Assembly (NCBI RefSeq): GCF_006345805.1
Contig: NW_021832722.1
Coordinates: 1-33,046, forward strand
DNA length: 33,046 bases
Reading direction: 5' to 3'
DNA from: Octopus sinensis
Taxonomy: Eukaryota
Positions 1 to 13,180 of this stretch are shown piece after piece. Below the pieces are notes generated by a model. It was not told where the DNA came from. It worked only from the letters and a program-made list of their open reading frames with translations, and did not search any database. The translations under genes were made by a program, and so were the position numbers. The first letter of the stretch is position 1; the number at the start of each line of letters is the position of its first letter.

Positions 1-199
1 TATATATAAACTAGCACGCACATATATACCTATACGCGCACACATGCACATAATATATACAAATATAGATACATACATAAATGTGTGTGTGTGGGTGTGT
101 GTAGTATGAAGATATTATGTATTAATGGCTAATATATTTTTTAGTAAAATTGCCTGAATCACTACTTGTCTTACATATTACACATTAATTTATGTGTTG

Positions 200-242
<43 letters not shown>

Positions 243-536
243 TATATATATATATATATGCATACATATACATACACGCACCCATTTTGTCTTATATAAC
301 ATTGATTTATGTCTCTGTGTGTGTGTATGTGTGCACACATGCACATATACATACACACGCGCAATCACACCCATATATATATGTATATATATACACACAC
401 ACATACGTACACATGCGCACAAGCCTACACACACACACAGGCAATATGTCGGTAAATAAGTTGAAATTTCTTTGATCTTTTTTGCGCCATAATACTTTAA
501 CTTCCCCTCCCCTCTCAACACCTCTCTCTTTCTCCT

Positions 537-567
<31 letters not shown>

Positions 568-1059
568 TCACTCTCCTTCTCTCTTATTTCTCCCTCTCTT
601 TTCTTTCTTCACACTTGTTTCTCATCGACAACCTCCTCTAACCATAACATCACCATCATCATCACCATCGTCACCATCATCATCATTATCATCATCACCA
701 TCATCGTCGTCGTAATCATCGTTGTCATCATCAAGAACAACATCAATAACAACAACAACAGCATTAATCAATCAACACCATCAGTTATGAGAATCTGTGA
801 AACAACACCGACAGCAACAACAACAACAACAACAACAACCCTTAAATAGTGAAATGTGGCGGTAAGCAACTTTAAATTAGCTTCCGGTTTTTTCCTCATC
901 TTGTCCTTTGCTCTCCCCTCTCCCTCTTTACCTTCTCCCCTTCCCCTTTATCCTCTTCCTCCCCCCGTCCCTTCACATTACGCCTTGGTAGACGAGTAAA
1001 TTATCTCGCCTCTTAAAAAAACTTCTGTTATGGCCGCTTTCGCCGTCATCATCCGTGCA

Positions 1060-1290
1060 ATCGTAATCATCATCATCATCATCATCATCAACATCATCAT
1101 CATCATCATCATCTTATCATCATCATCATCATCATCATCATCATCTTAATCATCATCATCATCATCATCATCTTAATCATCAACATCATCAGTATCATTA
1201 TCATCACCATCTTCACCCTCCCCTCCTTCATCGTCATCACTATTATCACCATCTTCGTCATCGTCATCATCGCTACCACTGCTACCACCA
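1060..1290. repeat. (CAT)n trinucleotide microsatellite / low-complexity tract
   Basis: Direct: runs of catcatcat with interruptions. Confidence 0.95.
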
Positions 1291-1360
1291 CTACACCGAA
1301 ACCCCACATCCAACAACAACAAATTGAAAAAAAAATCTAAAAGTAAAAAGTTGATCACGT

Positions 1361-1393
<33 letters not shown>

Positions 1394-1436
1394 GATGCAT
1401 GCATACTCAAAGAAAATCAGAAGCTAAACTGATAGG

Positions 1437-1945
1437 TGTGTATGTGTGTGTATGTAAATGTGTGTGTATGTGTGTGTATGTACATGTGTGTGTATGTGTG
1501 TATGTACATGTGTGTGTATGTGTGTGTATGTGTGTGTATGTACATGTGTGTATGTACATGTGTGTATGTGTGTATGTACATGTGTGTGAGTATGTACATG
1601 TGTGTGTATGTACATGTATGTGTATGTACATGTGTGTATGTACATGTGTGTGTATGTACATGTGTGTGTATGTACATGTGTGTGTATGTGTGTACATGTG
1701 TGTGTATGTGTGTATGTACATGTGTGTGTGTATGTATGTGCTTGTATGTACATGTGTGTGTATGTGTGTACATGTGTGTGTATGTGTGTATGTACATGTG
1801 TGTGTATGTGTGTGTATGTGTGTGTATGTACATGTGTGTATGTACATGTGTGTGTGTACATGTGTGTGTATGTACATGTGTGTGTATGTACATGTGTGTG
1901 TATGTGTGTATGTATATGTGTGTGTATGTGCGTGTATGTGTGAGC
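1437..1945. repeat. Compound (TG)n/TGTACA/TATG microsatellite
   Basis: Direct: irregular reiteration of gtgtatgtacatgtgtgt units; source of the overlapping VCMY/THTH ORFs. Confidence 0.95.
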
Positions 1946-2414
1946 GTGCGTGTGTGCTCGTGCACATGCGAGTGATAGGTATTTATTCCCTGTAGTTGTT
2001 TTAACACCTTTCACTGGAACAACAGCAATACCATCAAGCCTAACAACAACAACACAACAACAACAACAACAACTAAAGCAACAACAATGATAGCACCGTC
2101 AATAACAGCAACAGAACTTTAACAACAACTGCAACAACAACATCATAACGTTCAAAAATTATAACAATCACAACAATAACTCCCACACCAATAACGACAT
2201 CAGTAACAACCAAAAGATTATCAAAAACCACGTGGAAATGAGGGACACCCTACGTGGATACCCGAAATGCTAGTATTAGAAACAGAACTCCCTCAATGAA
2301 ACACGTTAAAGAGTTAAAAGGAAAGTGTTGTTGCTCGATTTAGTTTCAGAAACGCATTTATTCATACGTCTTGTTGACAGTGCTCCCCTAGTGCTAAACT
2401 ACATCAGCGATGTG

Positions 2415-2523
2415 TATGCATGTATGTATGTACGTATGTATGTACGTATGTATGTACGTATGTATGTATGTATGTATGTATGTATGTATATATGTATGTG
2501 TGTTGTGTGTGTATGTATGTATG

Positions 2524-2555
<32 letters not shown>

Positions 2556-2899
2556 TATATGTATGTATGTATGCATGTATGTACGTACGTACGTATGTAT
2601 GTATCTATGTATGTATGTATATATGTATGCATTTATGTATGTGTGTGTATGTATGTATGTATGTATGTATGTATGCATGTATGTATGTATGCATGTATGT
2701 ATGTATGTATGTATGTATGTATGTATGTATGTATGTATGTGTGTGTGTGTGTGTATGTATGTATGAATGTATGTATGTATGTATGTATGCATGCGTGTGC
2801 GTGTGTATGTATGTATGTATGTATGAATGTATGTATGTATGTGTATGTGTGTGCGTGTGTGTATGTATGTATGTATGTGTGTGCGTGTGTGTATGTATG

Positions 2900-2931
<32 letters not shown>

Positions 2932-2961
2932 TATATATATAAAAATATATATAATATATAT

Positions 2962-3023
<62 letters not shown>

Positions 3024-3035
3024 TATATATAAATA
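2415..3035. repeat. (TATG)n followed by (TA)n microsatellite
   Basis: Direct. Confidence 0.95.
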
Positions 3036-3097
3036 AAAATAGTAATGCAATACGAGAGTATTGCTTTCCGGTAAAGAATAGCATATATATGTAGTAA

Positions 3098-3420
3098 GGA
3101 GCACTCCGTCGGTTACGACGACGAGGGTCCCAGTTGATCCGATCAACGGAACAGCCTGCTCGTGAAATTAACGTGCAACTGGCTGAGCACTCCACCAACG
3201 CATGTACCCTTAACGTAGTTCTTAGGGAGATTCAGCGTGACACAGAGTGTGACAAGGCCGGCCCTTTCAAATACAGGTACTACTCATTTTTGCCAGCTGA
3301 GTGGACTGGAGCAACGTGAAATAAAGTGTCTTGCTCAAGGACACGACGCGTCGCCGGGAATCGAACTGACAACCTTACGATCATGAGCCGAATGCCCTAA
3401 CCACTAAGCCACGCGCCTTC
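3098..3420 (-). mobile_element. Full-length tRNA-headed SINE, family B, with 12-bp target-site duplication
   Basis: Minus strand: A-box-like TGGCTTAGTGG, B-box-like AGTTCGATTCC, CORE-like GTGTCCTTGAGCAAGACACTT, tail ending GTCGTAACCGACGGAGTGCTCC. ATATATGTAGTA occurs at 3085-3096 and 3424-3435. May be one of the published octopus OR-type SINEs (unverified). Confidence 0.9.
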
Positions 3421-5180
3421 ACGATATATGTAGTATATTGAAAGTAACTTCTCTGGTTCCCATATTTATTCTCTTCTCGAATCTCACTGCATGGTTAAGA
3501 ATATCGTATACTAATGATATTTTGCTACCAAGATTGTCACGATGTAAGCTTTTACAACTGAAGAGCTTTACAACCACAAACCCATTTAAATCACGCCTCG
3601 AATCTAATTGTATGGCTAAGATACCCTCTACTTCTATTCAGTCACTATCAACGACAATGGAAAAACTTATCTAATTATGACCTCAAATACATTTAAAACT
3701 AGTATTAAATTTGCACAAACATTCCTTTAGAAACCAGTGCAGAAGTAAAAATCCTCCTTTAGCGCGTAAAATGACAATTTAATACTGTCCTGGAGTTCTC
3801 TCTCTGGAGTTCTCTCTCTGGAGCCTTTCCAGAGCTAAAGCATAGGAGGTGAAAATAATCCCTGCAACCTTTGCACCATAGAAAGCTACCAGAACTATCC
3901 TTTTTACTAAAATCTCGAACAATGGCCATTCAGAAACAATTCCAAATTATATTTACAGAAAATTCATCGTATTTACCAGCGTATAAGATGCGTTTTTGTT
4001 TTTTAATTTTTAACTGTATTAAAAATTGCTCTGTGTCTAATGCGATCGTATGACGGATGAGGGACCGAGGTATATAAACAAGGAAAACGGAGGAGCTTAA
4101 ATTTGTTAGGTGCAATAATTGTTAGTAATAATATCTATTTGAAAACAAGTGAGATTATCACAAACTATTAGAAGAAACTTAAAAATCGTTCACGGTACAT
4201 CGATAGTTATGTGAAAAGATCACATCATTTTATTATGCCTCTTTTCTCAGCATACATAACCCACCTATTTTTTAATTATCTTAGTGGAAAATTCACCTGT
4301 CGAAATCAAAGTCAAAGAATGGTTGACAGCAAAACCATTGAGGTGGAGCACCATCCTGGTGGCCAGTTACATCTTGTTTTACATCTTGTATAGTAGTAAT
4401 TCTCCTGACCAAAATATAAACCAGTATAAAGTTGATCTGAAAGAAGGTAGAGTTGAAACACGGTTCTCCTATATCGTACTTTGCTTATGATATATTTATA
4501 GTTCCATACTTTATTCCATTATAGTGTCACAGCACCGTATTTGCATGTATAGAATCATACATTTTCCCTTACAAATCTACTCTAAAATATCTTTTAATGA
4601 ACGTAAAATTAAACAAACTAAATTTGCTTCTTCCTCAAAATATGCTCGTAAAATAAGAGTCCGTCTGTTGCAAGGGTGCATCGTATACACAGGAAAATAT
4701 GAGTCACATAAATTTTACAAACCGACTATTATCGTACACCATTAGCAATGACCGGTGTATGTACGCATGCGTGTATTAGCTACAGCGTTTACGCATTATT
4801 TCCTCTTTTATTCAATACATAATATATTTCATTTTATAATTAATTTCTTAACCGATAGTTTTTCACCTTCGCCATTATAAATAGTTATAAATTTACTGAC
4901 GCCTTATTCATATGTGTATAGCTGTTACTGTTGCCTTCTTTTGTCTTAAATTTGATTGGTTTTTCCTTTTAACCGACTTCTTCGTTCACATCCTGGTGGA
5001 TGCGAGGGTGGGGTGGGGCATTGGTTTCTCTTTTTCTTTTTCATTTTAACTTGATGACGAAAATTAATAACAAAAGAGAGCCGTGTTGCAAATATTCATC
5101 CTGTCAAATAAAAGTAAACCCTGTACTTGTACGCATCTGTGTGTCTGTGTGTGCACATGTACGTATATTTTCTTCTTGCT

Positions 5181-5492
5181 GGTACTTCGTCAGTGGCGAC
5201 GACGAGTGTTCCAGTTGATCCGATCAATGGAACAGCTTGCTCAGAAAATTAACGTGCAAGTGGCTAAGCGGTTCACAGACACACAGATCCTTAACGTAGT
5301 TCTCAAGGAGATTCGGCGTGATACAGGATGTGACAAAGTTGGCCCCTTTCAAATACAGGTAAAACTCATTTTTGCCTCCTGAGTAGACGGGAGCAACGTA
5401 AAATAAAGTTTTGCCTCAAAGACACAATGCGCCGGCGGGAATTGAACTCATGGCCTTACAATCGCGACCCAAATACACTAATCACTAAACCA
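5181..5492 (-). mobile_element. Diverged family B SINE
   Basis: Colinear with 3098-3420, many substitutions. Confidence 0.85.
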
Positions 5493-5499
5493 CCTGACA

Positions 5500-5595
5500 A
5501 GGTACGGAAAAGTTCCTAGCTTTAGGTAAAAGAGAATAGAGGAGGATTAGTTAATTATGATGTTATTCAACATATTCTCCTCTCAGATTCCTCTC
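5500..5595 (-). mobile_element. Mariner 3' tip remnant
   Basis: Minus strand reads L-R-G-E-Y-V-E-stop, like the mariner transposase C-terminus, followed by a TIR-like AGCTAGGAACTTTTCC. Confidence 0.45.
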
Positions 5596-6114
5596 TAGAC
5601 AATAAGCCTATCCCATTGGTTGATGATGTGTCAACTTTGGATAATTCTTGATTATCTCCCCTTCTCAAGAATAGCTAGTCTTAATTACAATTTAGAATTT
5701 ACAAATGATAGGAAATGGATGAGTGAATTTGATGTTGCTCAAAGGGATACGGAACCATCATGATGTAGCAGGGGTAAACCAGCATATGATATTGGGGGTT
5801 GCGTTCTATACTTTGACTCAAGCATAGAACGGGGCTCGCGTCTTTGAGCTGGTAAATGAATGGAATGCCTGGTGTGTGCCTTGTGACTGGCCCCTCCCAA
5901 AAAATTGGGGAATACGCCTGTGTATATAAAGAAAAATAATTATAATACACCCAGTAGAGGCGGAGATAATATCAATGAATCAAGAATTTATATTGTATAG
6001 TATTTGATATACCTGTATTCATCTATGTCGTTCAAATACAGTAATTTCTCTTTGCTTATTCTTTTTTCAAAATTATATATACCCAGCTCAAATATATACC
6101 CAATATATATATAT

Positions 6115-6146
<32 letters not shown>

Positions 6147-6344
6147 CATACCCAGATCAAACAGAGGCTATATTCATACCGAGTCACCAGTCTCCGTATG
6201 TTACATATATACACACATATATATGCGTGTATGTATATATATGTTTATAAGCATTTATATTCATATACATGTGTCTGTGTGTGGATACATACATATTTTT
6301 ACATATGTATATGTATGTATATACATATACAAATATATACATAT

Positions 6345-6530
6345 ATGATTGTTAAAGAGGACAACAAACGTTAAGGCAAGGCAAACATCTCAAGTCATAG
6401 GCATTGTTATCATTGGAAAAATTAAGTCTTACAGCTGTTTCTGAGACATCCCAGAGTATGGGAAATTCCGTCATCAGAGACGAATAGGGAAAAGGGGAAG
6501 GATATAAATTAATGAAATGACGACAAAGAC
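6345..6530 (-). mobile_element. Short PLE-terminus-like module carrying a hammerhead motif
   Basis: Unique ~185 bp between microsatellites; same layout around the ribozyme (TCTTAC-N4-GTTT...TCATCAGAG on +) as the PLE 3' terminus at 29650-29735. Confidence 0.6.
6426..6481 (-). ncRNA. Type I hammerhead ribozyme motif
   Basis: Minus strand: GTCT-CTGATGA-[29 nt hairpin]-GAAA-C-AGCT-GTA-AGAC. 4-bp helix I, intact core, palindromic helix III ACAGCTGT, GUA cleavage triplet. Confidence 0.8.
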
Positions 6531-6865
6531 ACACACATACACACATATTTACATATGAAATTATATATGTATATATGTGTATGTGTGTGTGTGCGTGTAC
6601 ACATGTACACACTTCCCCTCTCTTTCTCTCTTTTTCTTTCTTTCTCGCTTGCTCTCCCTCTCTGTACCATCTTCTTTCCTTCCAACTTACTCTCCCTAAC
6701 GTTTATGCTCCTTCGCCAGTGTCAACAATCAATATATTGAATTATTTTACACACACACTCATTGTATGTTTCTTACGTCAATGCACACTTTTCACAACAT
6801 CATATAATTACTTCGCCATACGAAATGAACAGTTGGCATTAATATTAGTCATTCTGAAAAAAGGT

Positions 6866-7768
6866 GGCGAGCTGGCAGAAACGTTAGCACGCCGGGCGAA
6901 ATGCTTAGCGTTATTTCGTCTGCCGTTACGTTCTGAGTTCAAATTCCGCCGAGGTCGTCTTTGCCTTTCATCCTTTCGGGGTCGATAAATTAAGTACCAG
7001 TTACGCACTGGGGTCGATGTAATCGACTTAATACCTTTGTCTGTCCTTGTTTGTCCCCTCTGTGTTTAGCCCCTTGTGGGTAATAAAAAAATAGGTATTT
7101 CGTCTGCGTTACGTTGTGAGTTCAAATTCCGCCGAGGTCGACTTTGCCTTTCATCCTTTCGGGGTCGATAAATTAAGTACCAGTTACGCACTGGGGTCGA
7201 TGTAATCGACTTAATCCCTTTGTCTGTCCTTGTTTGTCCCCTCTGTGTTTAGCCCCTTGTGGGTAATAAAGAAATAGGTATTTCGTCTGCGTTACGTTGT
7301 GAGTTCAAATTCCGCCGAGGTCGACTTTGCCTTTCATCCTTTCGGGGTCGATAAATTAAGTACCAGTTACGCACTGGGGTCGATGTAATCGACTTAATAC
7401 CTTTGTCTGTCCTTGTTTGTCCCCTCTGTGTTTAGCCCCTTGTGGGTAATAAAAAAATAGGTATTTCGTCTGCGTTACGTTGTGAGTTCAAATTCCGCCG
7501 AGGTCGACTTTGCCTTTCATCCTTTCGGGGTCGATAAATTAAGTACCAGTTACGCACTGGGGTCGATGTAATCGACTTAATCCCTTTGTCTGTCCTTGTT
7601 TGTCCCCTCTGTGTTTAGCCCCTTGTGGGTAATAAAGAAATAGGTATTTCGTCTGCGTTACGTTGTGAGTCGACTTTGCCTCTCATCCTTTCTGGATTGA
7701 TAAATTAAATACTAGTTGCGTACTTTCCCCCAAAATTTCAGGCCTTGTCCGTAGAGTAGAAAATAGTT
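6866..7768 (+). mobile_element. Family A SINE with internal 183-bp unit repeated four times plus a terminal domain
   Basis: Head GGCGAGCTGGCAGAA...GAGTTCAAATTCC; units start at 6912, 7096, 7279, 7462, partial at 7645; ends in the alternative tail CCCCCAAAATTTCAGGCCTTG. Confidence 0.92.
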
Positions 7769-7939
7769 AGGAGAAAATATACACGGAATTGTCTCAGAAA
7801 AAAAAAATCATGATTGAATGATTTTTAAAATTAAGTGAACATTGATATATTGGCATGTATAACTGATTCTAGTATCGATCAATTGATGGATTTTATTGAA
7901 TATTGGTAATATCGATGTGTTGGTGTCATTGGATCTTTA

Positions 7940-8430
7940 ATTCTCTCTCTCTCCCCCTCCCACTTCCTCCTCTTTTAATTGATCCATTCATTCCCTTTTT
8001 CTTTCATTTTCTAGTTCATTTTTTGCCACTTATCTCTCCTTCCTTCGTTATCAGTTTCAGATTTTTTTCCTCGTTCATATTTTTAATTCTCTCTTTCTTC
8101 CTTTCTTTTTCTTTCCCCTTTCATTCTTTTTCGCTTTCTCATTCACGCTATAATTCCTTCTTTCTTCCTTTGTTTCATTCGCACTTTCACCCTTCACATT
8201 CTCTTTCTTTTTCTCTCTATCCTTTCCTACTCCACTCATTCATTCTCTTTCATTTTTGTTTCATTCTCTCTTTTTCTCTATCATTCACTACCTTTCATTC
8301 ATTTATTCTCTTCTTTCACGTATCCTTTAACTACTCGTCTCTCTTTCTCCAAAGCTCATTCCCTCTTTCCGTCTTTTATTCTTTCTCTTTCTTTCTTTCA
8401 ATTCATTTTCTCTCTTCTACTTTTATCACT
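7940..8430. repeat. Pyrimidine-rich low-complexity tract
   Basis: Direct: almost only C/T; gives the F/S/L-rich ORF 7903-8628. Confidence 0.9.
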
Positions 8431-9133
8431 TATGCCTCCGCCATACACTACCACCAACACAACCACCACCACCACCACCACCACTGCTACCATCACATCT
8501 TCTCCCACCCACCACTTCCACTACCATCATGCCACTACCCTCTACTCCGCCATTACTACAACCATTCCTGCCACCTTCCCTGCACAAACATTTCATTATC
8601 AAGTGAAGACATTGATTACAATAATTGATTAATTAATGATGAAGCTGTTCTATGAAGTAAGACACTGCAAGTGAGAGGTGTTAATTGACTGACTTCAAAC
8701 TGACGAGGGTCGAGTCTTGAGGCGATGTTATCACACAACACCTTAGTCACACGCATAATACACACACACACACATACATGGACTGTATGTGTGTGTGGAT
8801 ATGTGGATGTGTGAGCATGCATAAACACGTTTCCGTATGTATATGTATGTATTTATTTATGCATGTATATATATATATATTATATATATATATATATATA
8901 TATTATATGTGTGTGTGTGTGTGTGTTGTGTATGAATGTATTTATGCGTGTATATATATATGTGTGTGTGAGTATGTGTGTATGCATTTATTTATGCGTG
9001 TATATATATGTGTGTGTGTGTATGTATGTATATATGTATGTATGCATATATATATATGTACACACGTATAAACATAATACGCACGTACATACTTAGTGAC
9101 ACACACTAATATAAATATATATGCATACCGTAT

Positions 9134-9191
<58 letters not shown>

Positions 9192-9389
9192 GAATACATA
9201 CAAACATACAGTTCTTGTATACACATTTACATAAATGTATAAATAAATCATACATACATCCACATACACATACACATATACACACAAGGTAAAATTATGC
9301 TCTGCAATCTGTAGAACGTAGAGTCCTGATGATAAAAATGATGAGAAGCTAAGGTGGCATGAAAGGCATTTTTTCTCTCATAATATTAA

Positions 9390-9700
9390 AGAATATTTCA
9401 GTAGAATATATGCACAAGATACCAGACATGATGATCTGGGAGTTAGAAAAGTAAAGGTGCACAGTAGTGGTAATCTCTTTGCCGAACAGGGTGTTAATAT
9501 GAATATTAATGTTTAAGGGGAAAGAAAACATCTACATGAACCTAGCGAGAAGCAAGTGGATACTCCACTAGTATTGTATAGGTTTAGATGTATATCTGTA
9601 ATTTATTGGGGTACATGGGTATGTAACTAACTACCTCAGTGCCAATCTTAAAAAGTTGTGTTTCACAAAACCAGAAAGGACATCTCTTGTTGTATCTGGA
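9390..9700 (+). mobile_element. Degraded 3' fragment of an RLE-type non-LTR retrotransposon (R4/Dong-like), copy 1
   Basis: Manual translation across stops and shifts: HKIPDMMIWELEK*RCTVVVISLP...KENIY...FIGVHGYVTNYLSANLKKLCFTKPE; matches the PD..E.SCP..KENIY..IIGALGYV pattern and copy 2. Confidence 0.65.
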
Positions 9701-9805
9701 TGAAAGTAGGGCCTCGTAGTAATAAGAAACGAGTCAAGTTGGAGTATGCAAGACTTTATAAGCAATACAGAAATTTACGAAAGTGAAGAAAGGAGCTTTC
9801 TATAA

Positions 9806-10065
9806 CATCATCATCATCATTTAATGTCTGTTTCCCATGCTGGCATGGGTTGGACGGTTTGTCAGGAGCTGACTAGTTGAAGGGCTCTTCAGGCTCCGTG
9901 TCTGTTTTGGCATGGGTTCTACAGCTGGATGCCCTTCCTAACAGAGTGTACTGGGCGCTTTTATACAGCACTGGTGTAGGTGCATTTTTACGTGGCACAG
10001 ATGCTTTTTACGTGACACAGATGCTTTTTACGTTGTACAGGTGCTTTTTTACGTGACACCAGCAC
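9806..10065 (-). mobile_element. SINE/LINE 3' tail ending in (GAT)n, RTE-like, with four ~20-bp tandem units at 9985-10060
   Basis: + strand CATCATCATTTAATGTCTGTTTCCCATGCTGGCATGGGTTGGACGG...CTGGATGCCCTTCCTAAC; family assignment from memory. Confidence 0.5.
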
Positions 10066-10842
10066 TCAAAATCCTATGTTTGGAATAGTCCATCATTTGT
10101 GTTGGCTCGTTTCCTTTGTATAATATTTGATTTCCAATGCAGTAACAGTAAAGAATGGCCAATGCAAAGCGTGGAGGGTTTAAACTCATACGACAAGGCC
10201 ACTATCAGTAAATTATTTTCATTCACAAACAGGAAGTAATCTTGGTGGCCACATAATTCCTTTTTTGTTATCTTCAGGACTCTTCCTGATTAGAAAACTA
10301 TAGATACAAACCATTAATGGAATTGTGAAAATATGCAAAACATTCCGGAAGTTTAGCATGTGATAAGTGTTTATGGATCTCCACCGGTTTCGACGATGAC
10401 TATTCAGTCGTTCAATCAACTGAATACTCTTCTCAGTGAATTAGCGTGCAAGTGGCTGGGTATTCCACAGACATATTTGGCATTGATGTAATTATCATCT
10501 CTAGTATGATCCACACCGTGTGGCGAACTTGAACCATTAAATTACTGGTACATTTCATCGGACAGACTTACACAGTTTCCTTATACCAAATCTTATTCTC
10601 AGGAATTGTGTGAAACCCTAGATGTGGCACGTGACACGTGTCCAAAATACCACGCAGTAGGATCAAACCCGACATCAAGTGGTTGCGAAACGAAATTCTT
10701 CAATTTTCGGCCATCTTGTATCCATGTGATAAGAGCATTATATACCCGTCAATGTCATACAAGCGCATGCATACATTCACTGATCCTTAGATGTAATTAC
10801 ATTTATACTGGCACACATACACATACATGTTTATTTATCTAT

Positions 10843-11076
10843 GCAGCCTTTTCAAGCCTAGCCAGGTTCATGGGCCCGGTTTCCCGATTTCTGTGGCGTA
10901 TGTGTTCCCCCCAGCCAGTCCATCGCAGCGTTACCCAAGAAACAGGAAGAAAGAGTGAGAGAAAAAGTACAACAGGAGCTTTAGGTGTTTTCGCTCAATA
11001 AACACAGTCTAGGAATCGAAACCGCGATTCTCCGACCGCGAGTCCTCTGCCCTAACCACTTGGCCATTGCACCTCC
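10843..11076 (-). mobile_element. Family C SINE head with an alternative tail
   Basis: Head GGAGGTGCAATGGCCAAGTGGTTAGGGCAG...GGTTTCGATTCC matches 16897-17204 and 22455-22779; the tail does not. Confidence 0.75.
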
Positions 11077-11112
11077 GCACACATACGTGTACAAATACAT
11101 TAATACATGATT

Positions 11113-12124
11113 ACCGATGTTGATATCTCAATAGTAGTGAAAGAACCTAATTCTTTTTTTCGGATAGACACCGATTCTTCTGTATTGATGAGAGATCTAG
11201 CATCGATTTAAAGAGCCTATCAATGTCGCATCATTCTTTCTACGGTATCTTCGATCTGTAGAACAAGTGTGCATAGAGAAGGAAAATATAGCCTCGTGAG
11301 AGTTGAAAAGGAATTTTTCGATAAGAATTCTTTGAGTGAACCTAGAATACAACTCCCAAGTATCACAATATGGAGAGCATTCTGCTTATGAACAGTTATT
11401 CATGTGAGGATATCTTATAAGAAAGATTTAGAGTGTCAGTAAAATGACCGAAGTATTCTCTCTTGAACCATTAATTGGTTCTCGCTTTGAAGGGTATGCT
11501 ATTACGATCCAGGAACTGGAGACAGAAGCAAAATATTTGATATCCAAAAAGGATTCAGGTATACATGTCGAATCAACGCCAAAGATCCATATCATACACA
11601 GTTGTCGAAAAATTATATCGGGAGACCGTCTATCGTTGAGATATGATGTGGTGGCCAAACCAATCTGTAGAAAGGGAAGACCTTAAGATCAGAAACTAAA
11701 AACTTGCAACAATATGAAGGGTACACACACGCATAATACATAAAAAAAATAGAATACTGACGGAATGAATTTATCAAAACGTCTGTAAAATGTAGGCGTA
11801 GCAGAATAGACGTAAGGAAAAAAAGGAAGTATGCACAGTAGTCAAACAGACGTGAATATCATGTTTAAGACAAATGAGAAAGAAAACATCAATGGCGAAC
11901 TAATGAGAAATCTGCAGGTACCCCACCCGGAATACAACTTTAGATTTATTCTTCTGATTATTGGTGCACTTGGTTATGTAACTCGCTGCGTTAGTAACAA
12001 TCCTGAGATGCTGGGCTTCACAAAAACTGAGAAACGACGACACGGCTAATTAAGAAATTACAATTAGAAAGCCATTAATATCACTGGGAAAGTATGCAAA
12101 GCATTTGAGGAGTTTAGTTAGCAG

Positions 12125-12125
<1 letters not shown>
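11113..12125 (+). mobile_element. Degraded ~1 kb 3' end of an RLE-type LINE (R4/Dong-like), copy 2
   Basis: ORF track: SRFEGYAITIQELETEAKYLISKK, HIIHSC...LRYDVVAKPI (decayed CCHC region) and DVNIMFKTNEKENINGELMRNLQVPHPEYNFRFILLIIGALGYVT (RLE C-terminus). The 3' end abuts (TA)n. The 5' boundary is approximate. Confidence 0.8.
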
Positions 12126-12179
<54 letters not shown>

Positions 12180-12384
12180 TATATATATATGCATATATAT
12201 ATGCAAACACACCACATTCACATACACACATAATATATATATATGGCATATATATACATATATATACACACACATATATATATATATATACACACACATA
12301 TATACACACACATATATAATACACACATACATATTTATACTTATACACACATACCATACATATATATACACACATACATATATA

Positions 12385-12465
<81 letters not shown>

Positions 12466-12511
12466 ATACATATAAATATATATATATATATACACACATA
12501 CATACATATAA

Positions 12512-12543
<32 letters not shown>

Positions 12544-12628
12544 AAACATATATATACACACATACATATTTATACTTATACACACATACCATACATATAT
12601 ATACACACATACATACATATATATACAC

Positions 12629-12674
<46 letters not shown>

Positions 12675-12812
12675 ATATACATATATATACACATACATAT
12701 ATATATATATACACACATACATAAATATATATATATACACACACACATATATATATATACACACATACACACACATATACACACACACATACACATACAC
12801 ACATATATATAC
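12126..12812. repeat. Compound (TA)n/(CA)n microsatellite with an internal block duplication
   Basis: Direct; CATATTTATACTTATACACACATACCATAC occurs near 12330 and 12565. Confidence 0.95.
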
Positions 12813-13180
12813 GTTGTAGCAAATGAACATATGCCTATGTACACACAGAGCAGTCAAAGCCTGCAGATCTTCATCTGTATATGTGCAATGACATGCATGT
12901 TTGCACACATGTGCATAAGTGTGCAGAGAGGTGTGAACATACTTAGGCATCTGCTGACAGCAAAATGTCGGGTATACAGAACGAAAACAAAAGACATTAG
13001 CCACATGATTGCCAACCGTGAAAAACAAAATATCCTCGAGATTCTACCTTCCAGAATATTTCGAGGGTATCAAAGACAAAAAAGGAAAAGAAAAGAAATG
13101 GTAACGAATAAAGATGAGAGCGAAGAATCAAAAGACTAGAGGAATATTAATGGAAGCAAAGAATAAAAGCAGCAAACATA

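Noticed and set aside
171-3198. Long ORFs rich in VCMY, THTH and YIYI (also at 8.8-9.3, 12.1-13.1, 14.5-15.5, 24-26.8, 28.9-29.2 and 32 kb)
   Set aside because: Translations of dinucleotide/tetranucleotide microsatellites that lack stop codons.
3340-3420. tRNA-like A/B-box segments (also 6866, 17130-17204, 22455, 31650)
   Set aside because: They continue into SINE bodies and do not close a cloverleaf, so they are SINE heads, not tRNA genes.
4270-4370. Possible plus-strand exon SGKFTCRNQSQRMVDSKTIEV (Ig-like flavour)
   Set aside because: No convincing donor or partner exon; resemblance too short.
6912-7645. Regular array superficially like CRISPR
   Set aside because: Units are contiguous 183-bp copies with no unique spacers; eukaryotic SINE-derived.
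8660-8745. Minus-strand VLCDNIASRLDPRQFE mini-exon and a CTGACGA motif
   Set aside because: Poor acceptor; no GAAA or helices for a ribozyme.
10140-10215. Plus-strand exon candidate NSKEWPMQSVEGLNSYDKATI
   Set aside because: Isolated; such candidates arise by chance on both strands here.
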